A stretch of DNA of 57,809 nucleotides, taken from an uncultured Candidatus Saccharibacteria bacterium (GTDB taxonomy: Bacteria; Patescibacteriota; Minisyncoccia; Minisyncoccales; CG1-02-41-26). The notes below the pieces were generated by a model. That model saw only the letters and a list, made by a program, of their open reading frames with translations. It had not been told where the DNA came from and searched no databases. The translations under genes and the position numbers were made by a program. The stretch lies in assembly GCA_964421005.1 (NCBI GenBank), contig CAYQUV010000001.1, positions 1-57,809 on the forward strand, given 5' to 3'. This document shows positions 39,746 through 47,270 of this stretch, one piece after another. How positions within the stretch are numbered: the stretch's first letter is position 1; each line of letters begins with the position of its first letter.

Positions 39746-40957
39746 TCAAAGAGTCAAGGGAAATCTCATTAAAAAAGATGTTTTTTCTTCATCGCTCTGG
39801 CAGTAAATTTCAGCATCATGAAGGTCTAAAATCTGATAAACCACTGAAAGTCCAAGACCGGTACTTTCTTTTTTTGTCGTGAAAAAAGGCTCAAAGATTT
39901 TGTCCAATATTTCTCCCGGGATCTTTTGGCCAAAAGAAGAATTACTGATTTCCACACAAACAAAATTATTTTCCCGCCATGTCCTCACCCAGATAAAACT
40001 TTTTTCAACTTTTCCTCCTTCCATTGCTTCTTGGGCGTTCTTGAAAATGTTGAGGAATACTTTTTTCAACTGGAAGGAACTGGCTAAAACAGGAGAAAAT
40101 TGACTGGAAAACTCAATTTCTATCTGTTCTTTGGGAAAATTTGATTGTTTTTTGAAATCATTGAGAGAATCAAGAATTAAAGAGTTAAGGTCAAGAGGTG
40201 CTAAAGGAGTTTCTTCACGACCAAACTCCAGATGGTTTTTCAGACATTCTTCCATTCTTTTTACTTCTCTCACAATTATTTCAGCTATTTCCTTTCGAGA
40301 GTCGCCTTCTGAGAATGACCCGGCTAATCTCTCGGCAAAACCTCCGAGAGTTGCCAGAGGATTTCTTAATTCATGGGCTAATTTCAACCACTCTTCACCT
40401 AAAGTAGCTAATCTCACCGCTTTAGCCAATGCCCTTTCCTTTCTCTGCAATTTTTCATAGGTTGTGGCATTAACAATAGCCCAAGCAATATGAGAAGTGA
40501 TTTGTTGGACCAGGTCAATCTCTTCTCCGGATATTTCATCATCTCTAAGAATATCCAGAACTACAATTCCTAAAACTTCTCCCAAAAACATTATAGGAAC
40601 AAACAATATTGATTTGGTCTCTTCTCCCCGAGACCATTCTTTCTGTTCCCTGGTTAAAAGAGAACTGGTTTCTATATCTTCTATTAAAACAGATTTCTTT
40701 TCTCTCAATACTTTTTCCAGAGGACGGTGCTCGTCAAAAGAAAATTTCTTTCCTATTCCGTGGTATTCTTTTGGATGGCCGGCCAACAAATAAAAATAAC
40801 GTTTTTCGTTCTCGTTTACCATATAGATACAACATCTCTTCTTCAAAAGTTTGTTAATTCTTTCACTGAGAACTTGAAGTCTTTCTTTCACAGATAGACC
40901 GGTATGAGAAAGCTCATCGGAAATTTCAAGAATCTCCAGATTTGTTTCTCTTTCCAT
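39746..40957 (-). CDS. Cytoplasmic GAF-domain sensor histidine kinase
   Basis: GAF-like region (FYLLAGHP...LFVPIMFLGEVLGIVVLD). H-box HELRNPLATLGGF, N-box FKNAQEAM, G-box TGLGLSVVYQI. No TM segment. Confidence 0.88.
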   Translation of the reverse strand: MERETNLEILEISDELSHTGLSVKERLQVLSERINKLLKKRCCIYMVNENEKRYFYLLAGHPKEYHGIGKKFSFDEHRPLEKVLREKKSVLIEDIETSSLLTREQKEWSRGEETKSILFVPIMFLGEVLGIVVLDILRDDEISGEEIDLVQQITSHIAWAIVNATTYEKLQRKERALAKAVRLATLGEEWLKLAHELRNPLATLGGFAERLAGSFSEGDSRKEIAEIIVREVKRMEECLKNHLEFGREETPLAPLDLNSLILDSLNDFKKQSNFPKEQIEIEFSSQFSPVLASSFQLKKVFLNIFKNAQEAMEGGKVEKSFIWVRTWRENNFVCVEISNSSFGQKIPGEILDKIFEPFFTTKKESTGLGLSVVYQILDLHDAEIYCQSDEEKTSFLMRFPLTL

Positions 40958-41107
40958 TTTTTTCTCCTTTTTAATGTACCAAATCTAATTTTGTTAATTT
41001 TTAGTATCTCTTTCAGGGACAGGTCAATAGACAAAATCCTCTGAATTTTGCTCAAAGAAAGTTCTGACATCGTCCAGCAGACACCACATTTGACATGTTG
41101 CGAAATG

Positions 41108-41181
41108 TGGACCCAGTGGGAGTCGAACCCACGACCTCCCGCATGCCGAGCGGACGCTCTAGCCAGCTGAGCTATGGGCCC
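41108..41181 (-). tRNA. tRNA-Ala (anticodon GGC as read), no encoded CCA
   Basis: Acceptor gggccca/tgggtcc contains the G3:U70 Ala identity pair. Anticodon arm tccgc-ucGGCau-gcggg. Position 33 reads C rather than U. Confidence 0.75.
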
Positions 41182-41196
41182 TTAAAAATTAAAACT

Positions 41197-41272
41197 TGGA
41201 GCGGGAGACGGGATTCGAACCCGCGATCTTTTCGTTGGCAACGAAACGCTCTACCAGCTGAGCTACTCCCGC
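41197..41272 (-). tRNA. tRNA-Gly (anticodon GCC), CCA encoded
   Basis: Acceptor gcgggag/ctcccgc, anticodon arm tttcg-uuGCCaa-cgaaa, T-loop ttcgaat. Confidence 0.9.
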
Positions 41273-41291
41273 AAATTTTTTTCTTGTTTTG

Positions 41292-41364
41292 TGCCGCGGT
41301 CCGGAGTCGAACCGGAATCTCATGTTTTTCAGACATGCGCCGTGACCACCTTGGCTACCGCGGC
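41292..41364 (-). tRNA. tRNA-Phe (anticodon GAA), no encoded CCA
   Basis: Acceptor gccgcgg/ccgcggc, anticodon arm catgt-cuGAAaa-acatg, T arm tccgg-ttcgact-ccgga. Confidence 0.85.
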
Positions 41365-41368
41365 ATAG

Positions 41369-41442
41369 TGGGCGATGTAGGACTCGAACCTACGACCTCC
41401 TCGGTGTAAACGAGACGCTCTAGCCAGCTGAGCTAATCGCCC
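41369..41442 (-). tRNA. tRNA-Val (anticodon UAC), no encoded CCA
   Basis: Acceptor gggcgat/atcgccc, anticodon arm tctcg-uuUACac-cgagg, T arm gtagg-ttcgagt-cctac. Confidence 0.88.
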
Positions 41443-41455
41443 CAATTAAAATTTG

Positions 41456-41541
41456 TGCCCAGGGTGGGACTTGAACCCACACGCCCAAAAATTGAGCATA
41501 GCTCCTCAAGCTATCGCGTATACCGATTCCGCCACCTGGGC
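41456..41541 (-). tRNA. tRNA-Leu (anticodon GAG), no encoded CCA
   Basis: Acceptor gcccagg/cctgggc, anticodon arm atagc-uuGAGga-gctat, long variable arm, T arm gtggg-ttcaagt-cccac. Confidence 0.88.
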
Positions 41542-41555
41542 TTTTATTCTTATTA

Positions 41556-41954
41556 TTATTTCTTTTCCTTAAACTCTCTTGTTTTTAATTTTGCTTTCTT
41601 GCCCACTCTCTTTCTTAAGTAATAAAGTTTTGCCCTTCTTACTTTTCCTCTAGAAACTATTTCAATTTTTTCAACAGAAGGGGAATGTAAAGGAAAAATT
41701 CTCTCCACCCCGACGCCGTCAATAATTCTTCTGACGGTAATGGTTGAAGAAATTCCTTTGCCGTGTTTTTTGGCTAAAACCACTCCTTCAAAAATCTGGG
41801 TTCTTTCCCTTTCCTCTTCTTTTGACCCTTTACCCTTTTTAGGTTTGGTAATTTCTTTGATTTTCTGGTAAACCCGGACGGTATCACCCGGCCTGATGTC
41901 CGGCAAATCTTCTTTCAAATACGGTTTTAAAAATGTTTTAACTGCTTTTATCAT
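41556..41954 (-). CDS. rplS: 50S ribosomal protein L19 with basic insertion and tail
   Basis: [14 protein letters not shown]....[48 protein letters not shown] is the L19 signature. Confidence 0.92.
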   Translation of the reverse strand: MIKAVKTFLKPYLKEDLPDIRPGDTVRVYQKIKEITKPKKGKGSKEEERERTQIFEGVVLAKKHGKGISSTITVRRIIDGVGVERIFPLHSPSVEKIEIVSRGKVRRAKLYYLRKRVGKKAKLKTREFKEKK

Positions 41955-42008
41955 ATGATAATTATCTTATCTCAATTCTTATTCAAAGTAAAGTTTAACT
42001 CAATTTTG

Positions 42009-42082
42009 TGTCCCTACCCCGATTTGAACGGGGAACCTTGACCTCCGCAGGGTCACGCTCTATCCAATTGAGCTATAGGGAC
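42009..42082 (-). tRNA. tRNA-Arg (anticodon GCG), no encoded CCA
   Basis: Acceptor gtcccta/tagggac, anticodon arm tgacc-cuGCGga-ggtca with G37, T arm ccccg-ttcaaat-cgggg. Confidence 0.85.
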
Positions 42083-42188
42083 ATCTATTATATTGTATAG
42101 AGACATCTATAAGAATATCTATAAGGATATCGGAGCACAAGTCGCATTATTCACTATTATTATATACCACTATTATATATCACAAAAC

Positions 42189-42217
42189 TTGGTCGATTTC
42201 AATTCTTGAAGTATAAT
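42189..42217 (+). promoter_or_regulatory. Putative sigma-70 promoter for iorAB (TTGGTC, 17 nt spacer, TATAAT)
   Basis: The sequence reads ttggtcgatttcaattcttgaagtataat. It overlaps the listed TTG start at 42206, so ATG 42233 is the preferred start. Confidence 0.45.
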
Positions 42218-42232
42218 GAAATCTATAATACA

Positions 42233-43900
42233 ATGAAAAAAATTATGACTGACATTTTAAAAAATAAAGGAGAGTTGATTTTGCTCGGCAACGAAGCAAT
42301 AGTCCGGGGAGCTCTGGAATCAGGAGTTAAATTTGTTTCAACTTACCCGGGCACCCCGGCTTCTGAAATCGGGAATACTTTTTCAAAAATAGCAAAAGAA
42401 GCCAAGGTTTACTTTGAATTTTCAACCAACGAGAAAGTTGCTATGGAAGCTGCTGCCGGAGCGGCTTTTTCCGGGATAAGGAGTTTAGTGGCAATGAAAC
42501 ACTTCGGCTTAAATGTTGCCTCTGATTTTTTAATGCCTCTCGTTTATTCAGGAGTCAAAACCGGCATGGTAATTGCTATTGCCGACGATCCGGGCTGTTC
42601 AAGCTCGGCTCAATCCGAACAAGATTCGAGGGCTCTAAGTTTATTGGCCCATATTCCAACTCTTACTCCAGCCACTCCCCAGGAATGTAAAGATTTTACA
42701 AAACTTGCTTTTGAAATTTCTGAAAAATATAAAATCCCGGTGATGCTTCTGGAAACAACAAGGGTAGCTTTACAGGCGGCTCCGGTTAAGTTGGAAAAAA
42801 TCTCTCCTTCTGCTAAAAAAGCGAAATTCGTCAAAAACCCTCACCAGTTCGTAACCATGCCGCCCCGAGTTCTTGAAATGAAAAAAGAGCTTCTCGAAAA
42901 AATTGAGAAAATTAAAAAAGAATATTCTGAAAAAAATTATTTAAATAAAACCTCCAAAACAAAATCTTCTAAATCCCAAATTGGAATAATTGCTTCTGGT
43001 GTTTCTTATTTATATACAAAAGAAGCATTAGAAGAACTCGGGTTGAATTTGCCAATTCTAAAGATTAATTTCTTTTATCCTCTACCTGAAAAGAAAATAA
43101 AAGATTTCGTTAAAAAGCTGAAAAAGGTTCTGGTAGTTGAAGAACTTGAACCTTATTTGGAGAAAGAAGTCAAGAGACTAGCTTGTGAAGTTAATCCGAA
43201 TCTTGAAATTTCCGGAAAAAATCTTTTGCCTGTTATAGGTGAACTAAAACCGGAATATGTAATTGAGGCAGTAGCAAAAGTAACTGGTAAAAGATGGGCT
43301 CTACCCATCAACCAGTCTAATTCCAAACCAAAACTTCCTGCTTTCCCGAAAAGGCTCCCCCAACTCTGTCCCGGCTGCCCTTACTGGCTGGTGTTTCAGG
43401 GAGTAAAAAACGCAGTTGATAAAAAAGAGGTGATTTTTGGAGGAGAAATTGGCTGTTATATGTTAGCCGGTTTGCCCCCTCATAACATTCAGGATTATCT
43501 TTATTGTATGGGTTCTTCTGTAGGGATAGCTCACGGAATTAAAAAAACAACAAATCAAAAACTTATCACTTTTGTTGGTGACTCTTCTTTTTTCCACGCC
43601 GGCATCCCGGCTTTGATAAACGCCGTTAACAACAAATCAAATCCTTTAATTATTATTATGGATAACAAAACAACGGCAATGACCGGTCATCAGCCTCATC
43701 CCGGGCTTAGTAAAACCGGGATGGGAGAGGAAACAACAATAATAAAAATTGAAGACATTGTCAGGGCTTGCGGTGTCAAAAATCTAAAAATTATTGACCC
43801 AATAAACCAGAAAGAATTTATAAAAACTATCAAACAGTTCATAAAAAATAAAGAAATATCTGTTATAATCGCCAGAAGGCCGTGCATATTCGTTAAATAA
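42233..43900 (+). CDS. iorA: Indolepyruvate:ferredoxin oxidoreductase alpha subunit (TPP-dependent 2-oxoacid oxidoreductase)
   Basis: POR N-terminal domain (GNEAIVRGALESGVKFVSTYPGTPASEI). TPP-binding region (GDSSFFHAGIPALINAVNN...IIIMDN). CPGCPY motif. Paired with iorB. Confidence 0.88.
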   Translation: MKKIMTDILKNKGELILLGNEAIVRGALESGVKFVSTYPGTPASEIGNTFSKIAKEAKVYFEFSTNEKVAMEAAAGAAFSGIRSLVAMKHFGLNVASDFLMPLVYSGVKTGMVIAIADDPGCSSSAQSEQDSRALSLLAHIPTLTPATPQECKDFTKLAFEISEKYKIPVMLLETTRVALQAAPVKLEKISPSAKKAKFVKNPHQFVTMPPRVLEMKKELLEKIEKIKKEYSEKNYLNKTSKTKSSKSQIGIIASGVSYLYTKEALEELGLNLPILKINFFYPLPEKKIKDFVKKLKKVLVVEELEPYLEKEVKRLACEVNPNLEISGKNLLPVIGELKPEYVIEAVAKVTGKRWALPINQSNSKPKLPAFPKRLPQLCPGCPYWLVFQGVKNAVDKKEVIFGGEIGCYMLAGLPPHNIQDYLYCMGSSVGIAHGIKKTTNQKLITFVGDSSFFHAGIPALINAVNNKSNPLIIIMDNKTTAMTGHQPHPGLSKTGMGEETTIIKIEDIVRACGVKNLKIIDPINQKEFIKTIKQFIKNKEISVIIARRPCIFVK

Positions 43901-43918
43901 TAAATTCATCAATTAAAA

Positions 43919-44530
43919 ATGACTAAAAATGTTAAACAATTTAATATTTTGCTTTCCGGAGTGGGAGGACAGGGAATAATTACTTTAACTCGGATTTTAG
44001 CCATCGCCAGCTTAACAGAAAAAAAAGATATCAAAACTTCGGAGCTCCATGGATTATCCCAGAGAGGTGGCTCGGTTGAAACCCATATTCGCTTTGGCAA
44101 GAAAATATATTCTCCTTTAGTCAGACAAGGAGGAGCAGATTTGATAATTTCTCTTGAAACTCAAGAGGCTTTGAAAGCCTGCCGGTATGGCTCAAAGAAA
44201 CAAACAATATTTTTAATTAACGACTTTATCAAGCCGATTCTCGGCGCTAAAAAAACTCCTTCCAGCCAAGAAGTAAAAAAAGAAGTCAAAAAATTCTCAA
44301 AAAAAGTTTTTTTAGTCCCGGCAACAGAAATTACCAAAAAAGAATTGGATAAGCCGGTATTGGCCGGAACGTATCTCTTAGGTTATGGAGTTTTTAAAAA
44401 AATAATTCCCTTAAAAGAAAAATCGGTTCTCGGAGCAATGAAAGAAGTTCTTCCCCAAAAATATTGGAGTTTGAATTTTAAAGCTTTTTCATTGGCAAAA
44501 AAGACAAATAATAATTACCTCCGGAATTAA
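43919..44530 (+). CDS. iorB: Indolepyruvate oxidoreductase beta subunit (POR gamma-type domain)
   Basis: LSGVGGQGIITLTRILA...SELHGLSQRGGSVETHIRFG is the typical oxidoreductase gamma-domain motif. Confidence 0.88.
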   Translation: MTKNVKQFNILLSGVGGQGIITLTRILAIASLTEKKDIKTSELHGLSQRGGSVETHIRFGKKIYSPLVRQGGADLIISLETQEALKACRYGSKKQTIFLINDFIKPILGAKKTPSSQEVKKEVKKFSKKVFLVPATEITKKELDKPVLAGTYLLGYGVFKKIIPLKEKSVLGAMKEVLPQKYWSLNFKAFSLAKKTNNNYLRN

Positions 44531-44557
44531 AAAGCCCACCCTTAAAAGATGGGCTTT
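44531..44557. terminator. Bidirectional terminator between convergent iorB and the GCS2-like gene
   Basis: aaagccca-cccttaaaaga-tgggcttt, an 8-bp stem. Confidence 0.6.
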
Positions 44558-44561
44558 TAAT

Positions 44562-45323
44562 TTAGAGTTCAATGAACTCTCTTGCTTTTTCTATCCAGTT
44601 TAAAACTTCTTCCAAATCGTCAGTTGTTCCAAACATCCTTAGTTCAATTGTCCCATGAATACTTATCCTGATAAGATGCCAGCAATTTCTGGGATTCTCA
44701 CTAAAACCCTGCTGGCGCGCAACTTCAAAAAAGTGCTCAACATTTCGGTATTGAGGCGGTTTCCAGTTTGGAGCCATTTTTTTATACAAAGCTAACCGTC
44801 TGCCTTGGGAATGGTCGCCAAGCCGACAAAGCAAGGGAAGATATTCTCTCACTATATTGGATTTCTCAATCGCTGTTTCCAAATCGGGCATACCAAAATG
44901 TATTTGGATACTGGCAACCCTACAACCGGCCGACAAACGCTCACGGCTGATTTTAGAAACAATCCTCAAATAACGGGGGTCAGGATAAACTGTCAGGGGC
45001 ATATCTTCTGGGCCAACTTCAATCGCTTGAAGATGCAAACTGAGTTTCTCAGCCACATTTTTCCCTAAATTATCGTTTTCAACCAGAGCATCTCTGACTT
45101 TTTTGATTTCTTTAAAAGGTTTTGTTCTGTCTTCAATTTGACAAGCAGAAAGTTCATAGGTCCAAAGGGAATTGCTTATCGCTGAAAGAAAATTTTCCGC
45201 CTGAGGAACAAAACCGTTATCTGAATTGGTTAAAAAACGCTCTCTCTCAATACCAACAAATCCTTTCATCTCTTTCTGAAAATTAAACCGGGAAAGAAAT
45301 CTTTGCTCTTCGTTCGTTTTCAT
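44562..45323 (-). CDS. Short glutamate-cysteine-ligase-like (GCS2 / carboxylate-amine ligase family) protein
   Basis: GIERERFL, ELSACQIEDRT, SIQIHFGMPD and GTIELRMFGTTDD resemble the conserved Glu/His/Arg strands of the GCS2 (YbdK-like) family. It is shorter than typical members. Confidence 0.45.
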   Translation of the reverse strand: MKTNEEQRFLSRFNFQKEMKGFVGIERERFLTNSDNGFVPQAENFLSAISNSLWTYELSACQIEDRTKPFKEIKKVRDALVENDNLGKNVAEKLSLHLQAIEVGPEDMPLTVYPDPRYLRIVSKISRERLSAGCRVASIQIHFGMPDLETAIEKSNIVREYLPLLCRLGDHSQGRRLALYKKMAPNWKPPQYRNVEHFFEVARQQGFSENPRNCWHLIRISIHGTIELRMFGTTDDLEEVLNWIEKAREFIEL

Positions 45324-45394
45324 CTTTTTCTCCTTTCTCTTTTTATTCTGTTTTCAATGAACTATTGGATTTTCTTCTTTTTTAAAGAACTAAA

Positions 45395-45492
45395 AACCTC
45401 TCCTGTAAAGTTCTGGAGAGGTTAAGTATTTTTTATTTTTATAATCTCTACATTAAAAATAGAACTTTACAGGAACTTCGCTGTAAAGTTCT
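45395..45492 (-). promoter_or_regulatory. Three-segment alternative-pairing element upstream of the GCS2-like gene and downstream of the serpin
   Basis: ctgtaaagttct at 45403-45414 and 45481-45492; its exact complement agaactttacag at 45461-45472. An outer stem aacctctcc/ggagaggtt (45395-45403 / 45415-45423) encloses the first copy. Confidence 0.5.
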
Positions 45493-45612
45493 TCCACCAA
45501 TCAATTTGATTTTTTTTGGAATATTTTTCCATAAAACTATCTGTTTAAGACTCTAAATTAAATTAAATAACTTGTCAATCAAATCTTGTAAACAGTGTCC
45601 TTGATTGAGTTT

Positions 45613-46872
45613 TTATTCTGTCGGGTCAACTAACCTGCCAAAAAACAGGATATTCCCGGTCTCTTTTTCCTGGATTATAAATATAAAAGGATGGTCTGCT
45701 CTGAAAACATTTGCCGGTTCAATGGCGGTTAGTTTCATACCAACGGCAGTTGCCGCTGCTGCCTCTGTTCCTTCTTCATCAACCTTGACATAGGCTTGAT
45801 GAATAACAAAATCAATAAACAAATCTCTTTCCCCTGTCATTCCGGAAAAATCAGCATTTTGGGAAAAAGCGGTCGGCATTCCCAAGGCGCTCAAAGTTTT
45901 CTTCATGAAATATTTAGTATCAAACTCAAATTTAGGAATTGATATTAAATCCATCTTCGTTTTTTTCATCTGGGACTTGTACTCATCAAGTTTTTCTGCT
46001 GTGAGAGTTGATTCTATGACATCAAGATTTTCACTTGGCAGCAATATTAGCATTGAAATTTTGCCGCCTTTGTACGGCAGTTCCAAAATCCGTAAATCTC
46101 CTATATCAGCATAGTTAAACATCGCCTTATCCGGTCTCATATTCATCATTTGGGTTTTTACAATATTATCATGCGCTATCTTAAAATCTCCCTCCCGAGT
46201 ATCAGATTCATCAAATTGCCACTCCCAAATCCCTTTAAAATAAATGGCATTGGTCAAGACAAGTCTTGTTATAGAGTCCAGAAACCCGGCAGGAATCAAA
46301 TCTTTAATTTTATTGTTTGTCTGCTCCGCTATGAAACTGTTGATAGTCTCTCTTGATTTTTCGGTTTCTTTGACAAAATCCACATTTGCTGCCTTCCCAC
46401 CATAATATCTCTCAACCCTGTTCATATAATCCTCAAGAAAAGGATAATCGTATTGAACCCATAAAGCATTGCCTGTTTTCAATTCGTAATCTTCAGCGCC
46501 CTCATTGATATTATTATAAATTGCGGCAAAATTCGGCCTCAAAATATCGCTTTCCGGAAAATGAAAAACGGATTTCATTTCATCTGCTGTCTGCCCTTTT
46601 GCTCCTTCATAAGTCATTGCCAGGGCAGCAAAAATGCTGTACGGAGAATAAAAAATATTTCCATCTTCAGATTTATCCATTTCAGAGTAGAGGTCAAAAG
46701 CAAATTTGTTATTGGCATCGACTACATCCAGTATGCCCTGCTGAGTTGAGCCGGTATCATCTGCTTGAAGAGGCTGGTCCGGCTGATAAGGAAAAAGAAA
46801 CAGCACTGCCGCAGCAGATACACCCGCCAATAGAATAAATACCAACGCAACTAACAAAAATTTTTGAGTCAT
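45613..46872 (-). CDS. Secreted or membrane-anchored serpin-family protease inhibitor
   Basis: N-terminal signal/anchor (LLVALVFILLAGVSAAAV). Canonical inhibitory hinge EEGTEAAAATAV. C-terminal ADHPFIFIIQEKETGNILFFGRLVDP. Confidence 0.9.
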   Translation of the reverse strand: MTQKFLLVALVFILLAGVSAAAVLFLFPYQPDQPLQADDTGSTQQGILDVVDANNKFAFDLYSEMDKSEDGNIFYSPYSIFAALAMTYEGAKGQTADEMKSVFHFPESDILRPNFAAIYNNINEGAEDYELKTGNALWVQYDYPFLEDYMNRVERYYGGKAANVDFVKETEKSRETINSFIAEQTNNKIKDLIPAGFLDSITRLVLTNAIYFKGIWEWQFDESDTREGDFKIAHDNIVKTQMMNMRPDKAMFNYADIGDLRILELPYKGGKISMLILLPSENLDVIESTLTAEKLDEYKSQMKKTKMDLISIPKFEFDTKYFMKKTLSALGMPTAFSQNADFSGMTGERDLFIDFVIHQAYVKVDEEGTEAAAATAVGMKLTAIEPANVFRADHPFIFIIQEKETGNILFFGRLVDPTE

Positions 46873-47028
46873 AGCTTTAAAACTTATTTGATTTTTTATA
46901 GGCTATTCTTTACAATGTCACTCTCATTGCAAAAAACAATTTTGTCTGGTCGCAATTTTTGGACGAATCTTTTTTGAGCGGCGCGGAGCGAGCCATCTCC
47001 TTTCCCCAGCAATCGGGAAAGTTGCATT

Positions 47029-47105
47029 TGGTCGGGGCACTCGGACTCGAACCGAGAATCCTACGCTCCCAAAGCGCATATGTTAACCAATTACACTATG
47101 CCCCG
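47029..47105 (-). tRNA. tRNA-Pro (anticodon UGG), CCA encoded
   Basis: Acceptor cggggca/tgccccg, anticodon arm tgcgc-uuUGGga-gcgta, T arm ctcgg-ttcgagt-ccgag. Confidence 0.9.
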
Positions 47106-47206
47106 AAAAGTAATCTCTGTTCATTTTAATAGTTTTATTTTTAAAGTCAATTATCAGGCTTTAAATAAGAACCCTTGAATAAAGGACTCTCAACAAAGGA
47201 GTAGGC

Positions 47207-47234
47207 TTGATATTTTTTTCTGCTATGTTATATT
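47207..47234 (+). promoter_or_regulatory. Putative promoter of the Rrf2-nifS-nifU-mnmA operon (TTGATA, 16 nt spacer, extended -10 TGtTATATT)
   Basis: ttgatatttttttctgctatgttatatt, followed by the hairpin ccgac-caaaaaa-gtcgg just before the ATG. Confidence 0.4.
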
Positions 47235-47270
47235 AAAACCGACCAAAAAAGTCGGGTTTAAGTTCAATCT

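Noticed and set aside
42083-42232. Calling this spacer the chromosomal replication origin.
   Set aside because: There is only one 8-of-9 DnaA-box-like site and no dnaA/dnaN nearby. Minus-strand genes resume at 44.5-47.1 kb, and GC skew cannot be computed reliably by eye. It is kept as a low-interest finding, not as a feature.
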